Assembly: GCF_009914755.1 (NCBI RefSeq)
Contig: NC_060935.1
Length of the DNA: 64,000 bases
Source of the DNA: the human T2T-CHM13v2.0 reference genome, Homo sapiens
Reading direction: 5' to 3' (one strand)
The notes under the pieces are model-generated. The model was not told where the DNA came from and ran no database searches. It worked only from the letters and a program-made list of their open reading frames with translations. Each line of letters starts with the position of its first letter. Position 1 is the stretch's first letter. The position numbers and the translations under genes are program-made. Positions 32,121-50,479 of the stretch are shown here, one piece after another.

Positions 32121-33184
32121 ACACCCTCTGACCATGGCCACCCAGCAGTGCAGGGTGCTGGTCTCACCCACAGAGAGGTGGGGAGGGAGCCTGGCCTCAA
32201 TGCTCTTGCCCAGGACACTGGACCACCCTCAAGCCTCCCAGGTGCCCTTTAGGTCCCAGGACATGCCATGTCGGGAGGTCGGCCTGGCCAAAGCGGCTGC
32301 CACCCCTTCATCCCCCACAGCCGCCCTCAGGCTGGGTGAAGGTCCCTGCTTCCACTGGATGCAGGGCCAAGGGCCTGGCTTGGCTGCCTACTCCTCACCC
32401 TACCGTGCCTGCACCCCACAGTCCCCCATATCCTCTGCTTGCCTGGAACAGCCCCTGGTAGCAGAGGCCAGGCAGAAGGAGCCTGGACAAAGACCCCAGA
32501 CCTGGATGGGGGAGGGTGCACATCCCTGGGACAGGCCAGCTCCGTCCGGCTCTGGGACCTGGGCCGACCCCAGGAGGTGGATTCTACAGACACGCCCTCA
32601 GCCACAGCCCAAGGAAAGAAAGAACCCTCTGGGACCACGAGTGTGTGAGTGTATATGAGTGTGTATCAGCGTGTGTAGGGGGGCGGCTTCCCTGCCTCCA
32701 GGGCTTGGGGCCAGTTGCCCAGGCTGCTTTTGGGCCACAGGGATCCCTGGGGGCTGTCTGCTGGGACCCAGGCAGCAGCCTTGGTGCCAGGCTGTTGCCA
32801 GGCAACCTGCACTCAGCTGGGCTTTCGGGGGTGGGGGGACTTCCTCGGGACCCCACGGCTCCAACTGAGTTTCCAGAGGATGGGGCCTCTGCCTCCGGCT
32901 TCTGACAGGAGCTCCGGGAGTGGGAGGGGCTCCCAGCCTGCATGCCTTGCCCTACACCTCTGGAGCCCAGCTGTACTGTGAGGTTTCCTTCTGTGTTGAG
33001 GATAGTCATATTGGTGGGTCCTGAAGTGTGGGCGTCCTGGGGAGAGGATGGTGGGGCCTCAAGAACCACAGATGTATGGAGATCCCCCCGTGCCCAGCGG
33101 ACACCTCCCTGATGCCCCAGCCCCAGCCCCAGCCCCACTGCTGGCGGAGCAAGTGCCTCGGGGAGGCGTGGGTCATGGACTCAC

Positions 33185-33323
33185 CAGTGAGGATGGCCAC
33201 GCTGTCGAAGCAGCCGTCCAGCTTGCTCAGCAGGATGGAGAGGAAGCTGTCTGCGGCCAGCACGCTGGCGTCCCGCGTGCTCTGGTCATAGACCACCACG
33301 TCCTGTGGCTCCGTAGCCTCCAC
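33185..33323 (-). CDS. DUSP8: DUSP8 exon 3 (rhodanese/MAPK-binding domain)
   Basis: VEATEPQDVVVYDQ...VAILT; 139 nt; CCCCCAG| and |GTGAGT. Confidence 0.97.
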
Positions 33324-34929
33324 CTGGGGGCCATGGGGCAGAGATCAGCATGCCGCCTCCACCTATCGATGCCCTGGCCCTGTCCCAGATATGCTGGCTC
33401 AAGGGAATAGTAAGGGCATCAGATGATGGGAGGCAGGCAGCTGTCACCTTGCTGCCTGGAGGGGAGGGCAGGTGCAGTCACACACTCTCCTCCATCTGCC
33501 AGAGGCCCAGATGCACACACCCACACCACACAGCAAGCCATGGGGGCAGGGAGGGGTGGACTCCTGCCCTGCGCAGCTGTGCCCCCATGCCATGCACATG
33601 GGTGAAGGGGACGGACGCTCTGGGCCAGGCCTGTGTGGAGGAGACACAGGTGAGTGCGATGGGAGCCCAGGATAGGACCTGGCTGGCTCCCAGGGTGGCG
33701 GAGGGACAGAGAAGCTCGGCCCTGAAACGCATGCCTTCGGGTGTGGGCTCTCAGTGGGGCTAACTGTGTAGCCAGCAATTCTGCTCCCCACCCTATCCCC
33801 TCCCCAACCCCCAGCGGAGAAACAGAGGGCTGCAGCAGGACCCCAGGCCCCTGCACCAATTCCGGAGGCAGCAGCTGGAAGCTGGGTTCCTCCTGCCCTC
33901 CTCCCCCACCCCAAGGGCCAGCCCAGATGTTGAGCGGCTTTTGCTCAGACAGCACCGGTGCCCCCGCCCTGCAAGCACACACTCAGCCCTTAAGCCAGCT
34001 GAGCCGCCAACCCTGGGCTGGGTGACGTCACCGGCAGCCAATGGGATCGCACTCTGCCGGGAGTCCTTGCTGGGGGTCATTAATCACCGGATTCCCCTTG
34101 TTGGAAACCAAAGGGAGCCGATTCTGGCCTTGGGGCGGGCGGACTCCTGGCCAGTGGCCATCCCACTTGAGTCCTCCCATGTCCCAGCTCTGAACAGGGC
34201 CTATCAGTGACCCAGACCCCTCTCAAAGCCTCCAGGGCCAAGAGCTTGTCACCCTTGTCCCCTGCGAGGCAGTAGAAGGAGGAGGTGCCGCCACCTTCAC
34301 AGGTCAACAGCCCCGCTGGTCCCTCCCCAGCTGCACCTGATGGTCCTGGGCAGAATGAGCTGTCCTTCCCCAGAAGGACATTCCTGGGGGGCCACAGAGA
34401 GAATTCTGGGTCCCTGAATACTCTGCAGGCTGGGGGAAGCTGTGGGACGGGGACATGGACTGCTCACGTGTGCCTTTTGACCACCCCTCCTGTCCTCACA
34501 GCAGTGGAAGTGGACCACACAGCTGTCCCTGTCCCGTGTAGGCCAGCTGGGCTGCTCCCACTGCCATGTGGTCACACCTTGTTATTCCACTCACTGCTCC
34601 CCTCTGTGAGCCTGGGTTGGCCGTGGCCACACAGTCCTATCTGCGTGGGGAGGGCCCGGCACCTCTGTGCAGAAGCTGAGCAAGGAGGCCCTGGAGGGAG
34701 GGTAGGGAAGGGTGCTGCGGGCGGGGGTGCGGGGGATGCCCTGAGCAGGGGCAACAGGCAGCGGTGAGAGGCAAGTGCCAGGGAGGACTGCTCCACACGC
34801 CCCTGGCTGTGACCCCAAGGAGTCGAGTTTGGACTGGAAGGCAGAGGAGGGGGGTGCTGCCCGAGCTGAGGGCCCCTTAGCTGTGGACCCTGGACGTGAT
34901 GCATGCCTGGTGGGCAGTGGGCTGGGTAC

Positions 34930-35160
34930 CTGGCTGCGTGCAGCCGGCTGGATGAGCTCCGCAATGGTCACCTTGCCCTGCTGCAGCCGCCGCTTCACCA
35001 GCTTGGAGCAGCAGATGTTGACGGAGCTGAGCACATGCCAGCTGTTGTACTCCACGAAGGAGCGGCTGTCGATGACCAGCGGCCCCCCAGGCCCGCCCCG
35101 CAGCAGGCTGGCCAGCTTCTTGGCATCCATCACCTTCCTCGGGAGCCGGTCCCCAGCCAT
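34930..35160 (-). CDS. DUSP8: DUSP8 exon 2 coding part (exon starts at 35268); dual specificity phosphatase 8, 625 aa in total
   Basis: CCCACC ATG G; MAGDRLPRKVMDAKK...IDSRSFVEYNSWHV...KLVKRRLQQ (KIM). Exon sum 231+139+167+160+124+1057 = 1878 nt = 625 aa plus stop. Confidence 0.97.
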
Positions 35161-38100
35161 GGTGGGGCAATGGGTGCTGGGGAGGGTGACCCCTGAAGTG
35201 AGGAGGGGCTGCTCCGACGGCCCAGGTGTGGCCTCGCGCTGGGAGTGACCTAGCACATGGTGCTGGACCTGCAGGGACAGGGGGATGGTCAGCAGTGCTG
35301 CGGGCCCCTGGGTGGCACCCAGAAGCTCCCCAGGACAGATCAGAGCTGGGAGCTGCGCCCACCAGGACACACCAACATGTGCCCGTGGGAACCCTTCTCC
35401 CTCTGGAGAGACCCCGTCCAGGTCACAAGGCCAGCTCTCAGCAGGATGCAACAAGGCAGAGGGGGGCAAATGGGCCCCACAGAGAAGGGTCTGAGGGCTG
35501 GAAGAGGCCAGGGGTCCTTCCTGTGGGCCCTGGGGTTCACGGACCCTTAGGCATTCCAGAACATTCCATCTCATCCCTGGGACACAGGCATCTCCCTGCT
35601 GTGACTTCTGCATCTTTTCCACCACAGGACCCCCAGCAAGTCGGGGTCTGGACTGCACCTCACCCTCCCACATGGTCAAGCTCTCTGCCCTCCTCCGGGC
35701 TTGCTGTCCTCACACCTGCCCCTCTCTCCCTAGCACAGCCCCAGGGAGTCCAATCCCTGGAGACTTGACTCCAGGGCAGCTCCGTAAGCCGATAATCCAG
35801 CCCCTGGTGGATGGTGGCCTTGGGGCTGCCTCCACTGGAGAGTGGGCTCCCGGGGGCAGCCGGATAGCAGGCGGGTGCGGGAGGGGCTCAGGCACAGAGG
35901 CACGGCTCCTTTGCCACTGCTGCCCTCCTGACCTGCAGGCTGAGGTTTAGTGTGCGCCACGTGCCTGCTGGGGGTGAGTGCCCAGCTCCTGCAGGGGCGT
36001 GTTGCACCCACACAGTGCCTCTCCCCTAGCGGAGCCTGGGGTCTAGGAGGCTCCTTCATGGGCTGATAGGGCCAAGGATGGGAGGGGCGGGGCAGCCCTG
36101 GGAGGAGGGTCAGTGTCGGGGACCCCGCAGGTGCCAGGCCCTCGGCATGGCCTGCAAAGGCCTCAGACTGCCGGGTGGGCAGGTGGAGTAGGGATGTCTG
36201 AGGATGGAGTCTCTGGAAGCCCCTCCTGCAGGCTTGATGACAAGCCTGTCACTGCCCCACTGCCGGGCCCCATCTCCCTGTCACCTGCCAGGACTGGCCT
36301 TCCTCTGGGTCCACTTTACACTCACAGCCCCTAGGAGGCGCACAGTGTTAAGGATGATGAGTTTGCTTTAACTATGGGGAAACCGAGGCTTGGGGCAGGG
36401 TTGGGACCTGGGTCACACCTGGGTCACACACAGATGGGCACTGGGTGTCCCTGCAATGCCATCTTCCCTGTGCCCCCACAGCTGCCAGGCAGTCAGGAAG
36501 TTTACTCCACCCAGCTCAGGACTGAGGGAAGGCTGGGAGATAGATGTACCCTGGGCCCTGCGCCCTGTGCAAAGCGGGCTACGGTGGGTAGCGGGCCCTC
36601 AGCAAGCCAGACCCCCAACCCACAGCCACAGGAGGCACTGGGGGGAGGCGCCCTGAGGACACCCATGCACTGCAAACAGCAGGCTGGGGACAGAGGCCAC
36701 CACCGTTTCTGGACTCTCCAGGTCAGCTCCCAGGCCGGCGGGGGCCAGTGAGAGAGTTCACAGAGCAGCAGGTGCAAGGCTGGTGTGGACCTCGTCCCTG
36801 GCCCAGCCCCAACTCCACACTGAGGGGCAGGTCCCAGCTCCTCCCTGCCCAGGAGCCCCAGCCTCACACTCACTCTCCTTCTCCAGACACTTCAAGCTTG
36901 GCCCCTGCCTGGCCCCTCCCGCCTCGACTGGGCCCAGGCTTCTGTGCATTCCCATCATCCCTCCTGTTGCCAGAAGCCAGGGAAACACCTGACTGTGGAT
37001 GGGCAGCCTCAGCTGACCCCACGGCTGACACCAGGGATTGCAGTGGCACCTGGTCAGCAGGGCCTCAGGATCCCACTCAGATAATGTTCCTGGGCTGGTG
37101 CTCCAGCCTCCACCACAGGGTGGGGAACGAGGCCTGGGAGTCCTCTCCAGGGCCAGACCCAGCAAGTTCAACAGCAAAAGGGCCTGCTGCCTGCCTGCTG
37201 TGGAGGGTCTCTGCCTGCCAAGGGGGTCCCTGACTGCCCACAGGGGGTCCTTGATGAGCTGTTTGTCCTTCCCGAGTTCTACCTGAGCCTTGCACAGGTG
37301 GTGAGAGGCGAGGGCCCAGATGTGTGGTTCTGGTGAGACAGCGGCTCCAGGTGCCCCGTAGGATACCCAAGGGTCCAGCTCAGAGACCCAGAACCCCGAG
37401 AAGGCTGCAGTGGCAGGGACACTTGGGCTGGGGGTCTTTTGAGGAGCTGCCCCGGCCTCAATGTCCTCATCCGTTAAGTGGGGGTGGATTCTCTCTCACT
37501 GAAAACAACAGAAGCAAATACCCCCCAGTGCAGGGAGGAGGGCAGGTGTGAGGAGAGGCCCTCGCCCTCTCTGCAGCCAGGGCCTAGCCTTCATGCAGCC
37601 CTGAGTCCTGACACTGCCATGAGAGACCTCGGTGCAGCCAGCCAGATCTGAGACCCAGAGGGAGGGGAGGGAGGAGGGCAAGTCCAGCTGCAGGGTGGTG
37701 GGCAGGGGCTGGAGGGGCGGGAGGACGGGTCCTGGCCTTTACCTGGCCCTGCTCTGCCTCCTAAGCAACGCTGAGCTGGAGCTGGGCCTATCACCCACAA
37801 TAGTATTGTTATTTGCAGCCGAAGGGGATTCATTAGCAAGTTAGCACCTCCATCGTCACCATGGCAACAGCAGAGGTGCCAGGCAACCGCTGCTCCTGCG
37901 GCAGCCACCACCATGGAGCAGGCTCCTCTGCAGAGTGGGCACGCGCCCCTCCCTGCTCTCTCCTACCCACCCCAGCAGGTGCCCGGCAGTGCAGAGCCCA
38001 GTCCTCAGCCCCTCCGCTCCTCTGCCCTACCTGGTCCTAACCTTCCTTCCCACTCCAGGTACCTGCTGTGCCCAGCATGCTCCCTGCAGCTCACCGGCTC

Positions 38101-40599
38101 CCCGCCCCCTCAGAGGCCTTCTCTGTACTGCGAAGGGCTGGCCGAGTGCCCCCTCCTGCAGGAAGCCTCTGTGCCATGCTGGCCTCTGGCAGAGCATCCT
38201 CACCCACAGGGTCTCCCTGGACCTACAGCTCCCAGGGGGACATGTTCCTCACCTCTGTTTCCCCAGATGCTAAGGATCGGGGCTCAGCTATGCCAGGGAT
38301 GGGGCAGGTTGGGTGGGGTGGGGAGCAGAGACACTAAGGACAGTCTGGTGCAGATCAGTGGGGCCAGCACTGGCCATGTGGGAACAGAGGTAAGGAAATG
38401 TGGATGGTGTTGGTTCCATGCCTCTCCTTTCACGGCCCCACATGCCAAGCCCTCCTGAGTACCTGTGGCCCTGCTATTCCAGTGCCTAGGGGTTGGGGGG
38501 TGAGAGGCAGGGCTGGGGACAGGATGCCCCCTAGCACAGCCCCATACACCCTTTTCAAAAGTCTTTGAGCCCAGGAGGAAGCAGTTTCCAAGTCCAAAGT
38601 CAGAAGAAGGCTCCTCCCAGGCCCACACCTTCCAGGAGGCACCAGGCCGCCACCCTCCCCTGGGACACAGCACGCCTGGCTCCAGTGCTGCGTGCACACT
38701 GCCCTCTGTGCGTGCCAGAACACACCTCTTTGCACACCCACTCCACACACAGGGCTGGTGCTCCTTACCTGCAATCCACCTGCCCTGTGTGCAAGTACCC
38801 ACGCGTGAATATGTGCACACGCGTGGGCTGGACATACACTAGAGTACACGCACGTCCTTGCCCTCTGTATGCAGGATCCCCTGAGAACCCCAGGACTCCA
38901 GTACCCGAGGGGTCAGCTTCAGACTCCTTACAAACACGAGCTCCCACACCCAGCGTCTCTGTGCAGCACATTCCTGTCCCTGAGCACAGACGGGACCAGG
39001 GAGTCCCAGGCCTCCCCCAGCTCTCAACTGACAGCATCCTTACCATGTTACCTTCTGCTCAGCACCTAGAAATGGGGACTCACTACCTTCAGAGACAGCT
39101 GCCAGGACTGTCAAGCATGGGGGGATGGGACTGTGTCTCCCCCTCACACCTAGGCAGGCTCTTGGAGCTGTCCGGCTCACTGTCACCCAGGGATGCTTCT
39201 GGAGGCAGAAATCGTCACACTAAGGAGGCTGAGGAGAGACTGGTGGGTGGCAACTCTGGGAGGCAGGGACCCTGCACTCACACAGGTCAGCTCATCTTCC
39301 CTCACTGGGCTCCCCCAGATGCCCTCATCCCTGCCTCCCCTCAGCTCCCTTGGCTAGTGCTGTAGGACCCAAGCTGGCCTACACTCTGCTCCGCTGGCCT
39401 GGGGAAGCTGTGGACCTGGGAGAAAGTGGGGTGGGGCGGGGGGCTCCCTCCGATCCCAGGAACGGGGTCCGGGCAGGGCAGGGGATGGGAGGACTTGGCA
39501 CAAGGGGCCGTGACAGTCGAGTCTCAGAGCCGGACATATCCAGGTTCCCTCCCTTCCCACCAGACCTGTGTCCCTCCTCCTGGTCACTGTGCCACATGCT
39601 AAACATCAGGACCAGTGTGGCGCTTCCAAGGTTCACTGCCCTGAGCAACTCCGGCAGAGGGGGCCTCAGCGGGTGCAGTTCTCATGGCCAGAGTCCAACC
39701 ACCTCTCTCTCACTGTGGGTCTGCCCCTTTCCCTGCCTTCTGCAAGAAGTGACACCTAGGTCTCCCCAGGCCCTAGCTGATGCCCCTTCGAGGCACCTGT
39801 CCAGTGGCAGCCTCTAGGCCCTGACTTCAGCCCCAGCCTGAGAAGAGAAGGGTCCTGGAGCAGAGACTGACTCTAAGCGTCTTTCTGCACCTCTGTTAAT
39901 GGGACTTTATTCCCAGAAGCCTCCCCGAGGACAGAGGATACCAGGGGAATAGAACCTGCCCAGCCACACTTCGTGCAGCCCCCGGCTGGCTGCAGCAGGA
40001 GGTATTTCAGCGAGACTTCAGGATGAACTTCCAGCTGGGGTCACATGATCTGCCATCCGCATCCAGTGCTTATTAGCAGTGAATGCATGGGACTGTCCTC
40101 CTGGTGGAGGGCTGGGGCCTGGGGTGCTACATTCACCCCTGGACCGCCCTAGGTGCAACAGTGTCTCTGGGTGGGCTGTGCCAGAAGGGAGGCAAGGGAG
40201 AGTGCCGGGGTTTGGATCTCCCCTCAGACCCCCCGCTGGGGCACAAAAGGAGCTTCCCTGGCCTGCAGCACCCCACCCCCACCCCAAGCTGCACAGCAAG
40301 AGCACTGCGGAGCCACGCTACATCCTGCCACCCCCTCCTCCATCCCACAGTGTCCCCGCCCCCCATCACTGCAGCACCAGAGCCCCTATTCCCCTCAGCA
40401 GAGGCCGGTACACCCCGCAGCAGGGAGACGGAGGCAGATTCTCCCAGAAGGGGTGACCCTGTTGGGGCTGGGCCTATTGTTGCCCCCTCCCCTCCAGGCC
40501 AGACTATTAGGTATCCCCACCTGGTCTGCTCCGCATCCCAGGCTGGGCAGCTGGGCCTAGCGAGGTGGCTGCAGCAGCCTGGCTGTGCCAGCCCCTCCC

Positions 40600-42500
40600 C
40601 CAGCGCCGCGGCTGCCTCTGCAGCAGGCGGAAGGGCGCGGGGGCTTTATCCCTCAGGGGCCGGCTGGGCACCACGGGGTGGGGAGGCAGTGCGGCCTGGA
40701 CACTGGGGGGATGGATCTGCAGCCCTCCCCCCCGACAGGGGAAGGCCCCTTCCCGGGTGTCCCAGGCCAGAGGCCGTCGCGTCCCTCCCACGGCCGAGGC
40801 TCCACACCTCCCGGACCGACTCCGGGCCAGGGTCCGCCTGCTCCGGTTCTGGCCCCCGCGGGGGTGACGTTCGGGACGTCGGGGGCTCGCGCAGATCCGC
40901 GCTGGATCTCAGGCGGCCCTGGTGGGTCCTGGATTTTTGTCCCCCCCCATTCCACACCCAAAGAAGGAGCTGCGGGGAGAAGGGCGGCAACGCGGCGGGC
41001 GGGCGTGGGCTGGGCCCGGGTCCGCCGGGCGTTGCGGGGGGCGGGGAAGGGGCCTCCCTGTCCCTGGCGTCCTGGACGGCCGTGGCCGCTCATTCCGGGG
41101 CCGCCTCCTCCTCCCGGGCGCCCACCGGGTGCCGCTGCCCCAGCGCCCCCGACGCGGCGCCCTCCGCCCCCCGGCCCGGGCCGGTGAACCCCATCCCCGG
41201 CGCCCGCCCCCGCCCCGCCGGCGCCTCCGCTCACCTCGCTCGCGCTCGCCTCGGGGGCGCTCCGGGGACCCGCGCCGCGCTCAGGGCGCCCGCTCGGCCG
41301 CGCCGTCCATGGGCCCGGCGGGGGCCCGCGCAGCCGGGGCAGGGGCCGGGGGAGCGCGCGGGCCGCGTCGCCGTCGCCGCCGTCGCCGCCGCCAACGCCG
41401 CGGGGAGCGCTCGCTCGGGCCGGGGCGCGCGCACTGCGGGCGGGCACGCGCGCTCGCGGCGCGCATCCCAGCCCCGCGGCTCGGCGGGCGCGGCCGGGAG
41501 GTTCCGGCGCGGCTCGGGCTCGGGCTCGGGCTCGGGCGTCCGGCGTCCGGCGGGGCGTCGTGGGGGGAGCCGGCTCGGCCGCCGCGCTCGGCCGCGAGTG
41601 ACAGGCCCGGGGCGGAGGGCGGGGCCGCCGGCGGGGATGAGGTCATGCCGAGCGAAAAAAGCCCCTGACGTCACCTGCAGCCAATCAGCGCGCGCGGCTC
41701 GGGGGCAGGTGACGTCAGCGGAGCCCGGGCTCGGGGTGAAGCTGAGGCGGCTGCCGCGGGGGGGGGGCGGGGTGCAGGGTGCGGGTGGGTCGCGCTGCCG
41801 CCGCCTTCCGCCCTCACCCCGGGACCGGCTCTTAAAGGGACCACGCGGCGTCCGGGACCCCGCCTCCAGGAAGCCCTCCCGGCCCCGGGCCCCGCGTCAC
41901 CCAGGCCCCCCGTCACCCGGGCCCCCGGCCGCGTCGCACAGACCCCGGACGGTCCAGCTGAGCGGCTCCGGGGGCGAAGTCCTCCCCCCGACCCGGACAG
42001 GCGCCGGCGCCGCTCCCCCCTTCTCCTGGCCTTTGTTGGCGCTGGGCCGCCGCCGGGGAGCCCTCCCCAGACCCAGGCGCGGCGTTTTACCTGCAGCGGC
42101 TGTGCTCGCCCCGCCGCGACCCCCGCAGGACGGAGCCGGATCCCCCTGCACTCGGGCGGACCTGGGACCCTCAGAGGCGAGCCGGCTGCCTCGGGTCACA
42201 CATCCGCGAACTCCGGGGGCGGGCTCCCCAGGACGCCGCCGACCCCCCACGACCCCCAGCCCTCCCGCTTCCGTGGAAAGCCGCCCCGACGACCCCTGTG
42301 CGGGCTGTTGAGGGGCCGCACCCCGCCGACCGCTGTGGGAACACCTCCGCGCGTGCGGCGGGGACGCGGCGAGTCCGGGGCAGGAAGAACGCACGGGTAA
42401 TTGCACCTTCGGCAGGTGTTGGGCGGGAGCAAGGGGGTCAGACTCGCGCTGCAGGGGGAGGGCGGGGGAGGCCTCGCTGTCCTGGAGGAAGGGGACAAAG
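40600..42500. promoter_or_regulatory. DUSP8: DUSP8 / KRTAP5-AS1 CpG-island promoter with two full CREs and an NF-Y box
   Basis: TGACGTCA at 41666-41673 and 41710-41717; AGCCAATCAG at 41679-41688; variant ATGAGGTCAT at 41637-41646; GC boxes. Confidence 0.9.
41235..41600 (-). other. DUSP8: DUSP8 non-coding exon 1 (5' boundary approximate)
   Basis: Donor GAG|GTGAGC at 41234-41233 in the CpG island, just downstream of the CRE/CCAAT cluster. Confidence 0.75.
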
Positions 42501-43188
42501 ACCCCTGCCCAGGAGCCTGGGAGCCTTTGAAAGTAATGATTTTTTTGGGGGGGGTTGTCACGAGACACCCTAGACATTTCTAAAAGGCCCCCTCCCCGCT
42601 GCCGGGTGGAGAGGGAGCGTGGGGGGATCCGCCTTCTGCCCCCGAGCCCCCAGCCAGCCTGGGCCCCCCAGGGTCACCCTGGGGCTCTGAAGGGGGCTTC
42701 GGCCGCTGGTTGAATGAAGGGCCACAGAAAATGAAGCTGGCGCAACGACCGCAGAACCCTCAGTGGGCACCAGGACCACGGAGCTCAGGGTGCCAATGGT
42801 GATGGCTGGGGGTGGGGAGTACTGTGGGCAGCAGGGGATGCTGAGCGGGGTTTGGGGCTCCCCCTTTCCATACTCCGTCTTCCTGCCAGCCTCAGAGCTG
42901 AGTACACCGTTGGCGATTAATAAGCGCTTGCAGCTCCCTTCCCTGGCCAGCCTGAGGGGAGCGGCAGTGGCCCGTATGGGGTGGGGGTGGCGGTGGAGTG
43001 CGTCCTGGCGCAGAGCTGGCACACAGCACAAACAAACGCCTTGGCGGGAGTGGGTCTGTCCCGGAAGGGAGCCCAGGGGTTATTGGGGTTGGGGCTGCGC
43101 CCCAAAGCGGGAGGGCCCTGCGAGAAGGGAGGCCCTGGCTGGAGGGGGACCCTGAGACTGGAGGTGCCGGACCCGGATGCGGGGCCAG
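42100..43188 (+). ncRNA. KRTAP5-AS1: Probable first exon region of the divergent lncRNA KRTAP5-AS1 (start uncertain; transcript would continue rightwards antisense to KRTAP5-1)
   Basis: Perfect plus-strand donor CAG|GTGAGT at 43188/43189 next to the island; the name comes from recalled locus annotation, not from the sequence. Confidence 0.45.
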
Positions 43189-44454
43189 GTGAGTAGGGCT
43201 GCCTGGTGCAGCCTTGCTGGGTTTGAAAAGTGGGGGAGGCTTGGCCCTGGGAGGGGGCAGGAGGATTCAGGCTGAGACCCGGAGGGGGCGAAGGAGGTCC
43301 TTGAGGAGGCAGTCACAGGCCTGAAAGGACCTGGGACCCGCAGGCATGGGAGCTGTTGGCCGTTAGATAGAGGGGCTGTCGCCTGGGGGGAAGCCTCACC
43401 TGGCTTGTTCCCCCTGCCAGGCCTAGGTGAGCCCGATGGGCGTGTCTTCTGCCCAGCTGGGATGTGGCCAGCATCTGCCTGTGGCCTGGGAGTGCCCATT
43501 GTCCCCTAAGAGCTCTGGTTATACCCTGGGCAGCTACTGGCCAGGCTGGAGCAGGTGGCAGGCAGCGACCTTTAGTCCCTCCTGGAGGCTCCCAGGGGGC
43601 GGTTTGGAGGGGAATACGGCTCCCCTGGAGGGCCTGGGCTGTCCCTGGGGGGCAGAGTGCCCTGGGCGGCGATTGTTATAATCCCCGTAGCCATTTTCAT
43701 GCAAATAAGCACTGAGAGCGTTAGGTTCTGCCCCTAACCAGGCTGGCGGACTAGGGAGGTGGCACCCTGGGGAGGACGGTGGTTTTTCTGCAGCCCCGCC
43801 TTAGTTCCACGTTGCCTTTGCACCCAGCAGAGGCCGGCCTGGGCGGTGGGCTCAGGGGCCTGGGTGCCCGACCAGGTCGGCTCAGCTCAGCTCAGCTCGG
43901 CGGCCGCACCGCCTCCCGGCACAGGTGTGGACGGGGGTGGGAGGCGCGACCAGGGAGGGGGCTGCGGTGTCAGTCCCGGCCCGGGCCTGTAGACGCCGCC
44001 TCGGGGGTCTCTGGGGCTCGGGAGGACCTTGCGAGGGGCCGGGGAGGCGCCACGGCCGCGGCGAGGGACGTGCGGGGGTCCAGCAGCCTGGGGCGGGGAC
44101 GCGCGCTCCGGGCCGTGCAGGTGGGGGTCCGAGCGGGGCCGGCCCGGCGGTTCGCGCGCGCCCTCTGCCGTCCGCAGGCCGTGGCGCAGGCTCGGCCGCC
44201 TGAAGCTCCTCTCGCCTCCGGGAGGACGTCCAAGGTCGTTTCTTAAAGCATCCCTATTGCGCAGAAGGAACAGTGGGGTTCACTTTTCTCGCTAATGTGC
44301 ATATAATCGTTGCAACTAATTATGTGTAGCAAACCTCCATGCCACTATTTCCCCAACTTTTTTAAGTCAAGGCATAGCTAACTCAATACAATGCCCATCC
44401 CAGCTGTTCAAGTAGACTTTTTCTCCCGTTATTTCTTTAAAAACCGTATGATTT

Positions 44455-50360
<5,906 letters not shown>

Positions 50361-50479
50361 TAACTCCAATATGTGGCTTATCTGTAATCTGCTTCTTCTG
50401 TTAGCTTTCCGCATGATTATTGATCACTGTTTCCTGCTGTGTCCTGTATCTCGTGCTTTCTGTCAGAGGTATGCCTCAA

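Noticed and set aside
34591-35679. 362-aa ORF containing DUSP8 exon 2
   Set aside because: Read-through of intronic sequence on both sides of canonical splice sites at 35268 and 34930.
40083-42311. 742-aa plus-strand ORF across the DUSP8 promoter
   Set aside because: Ala/Arg/Gly/Pro-rich shadow of a very GC-rich CpG island, with no domain features.
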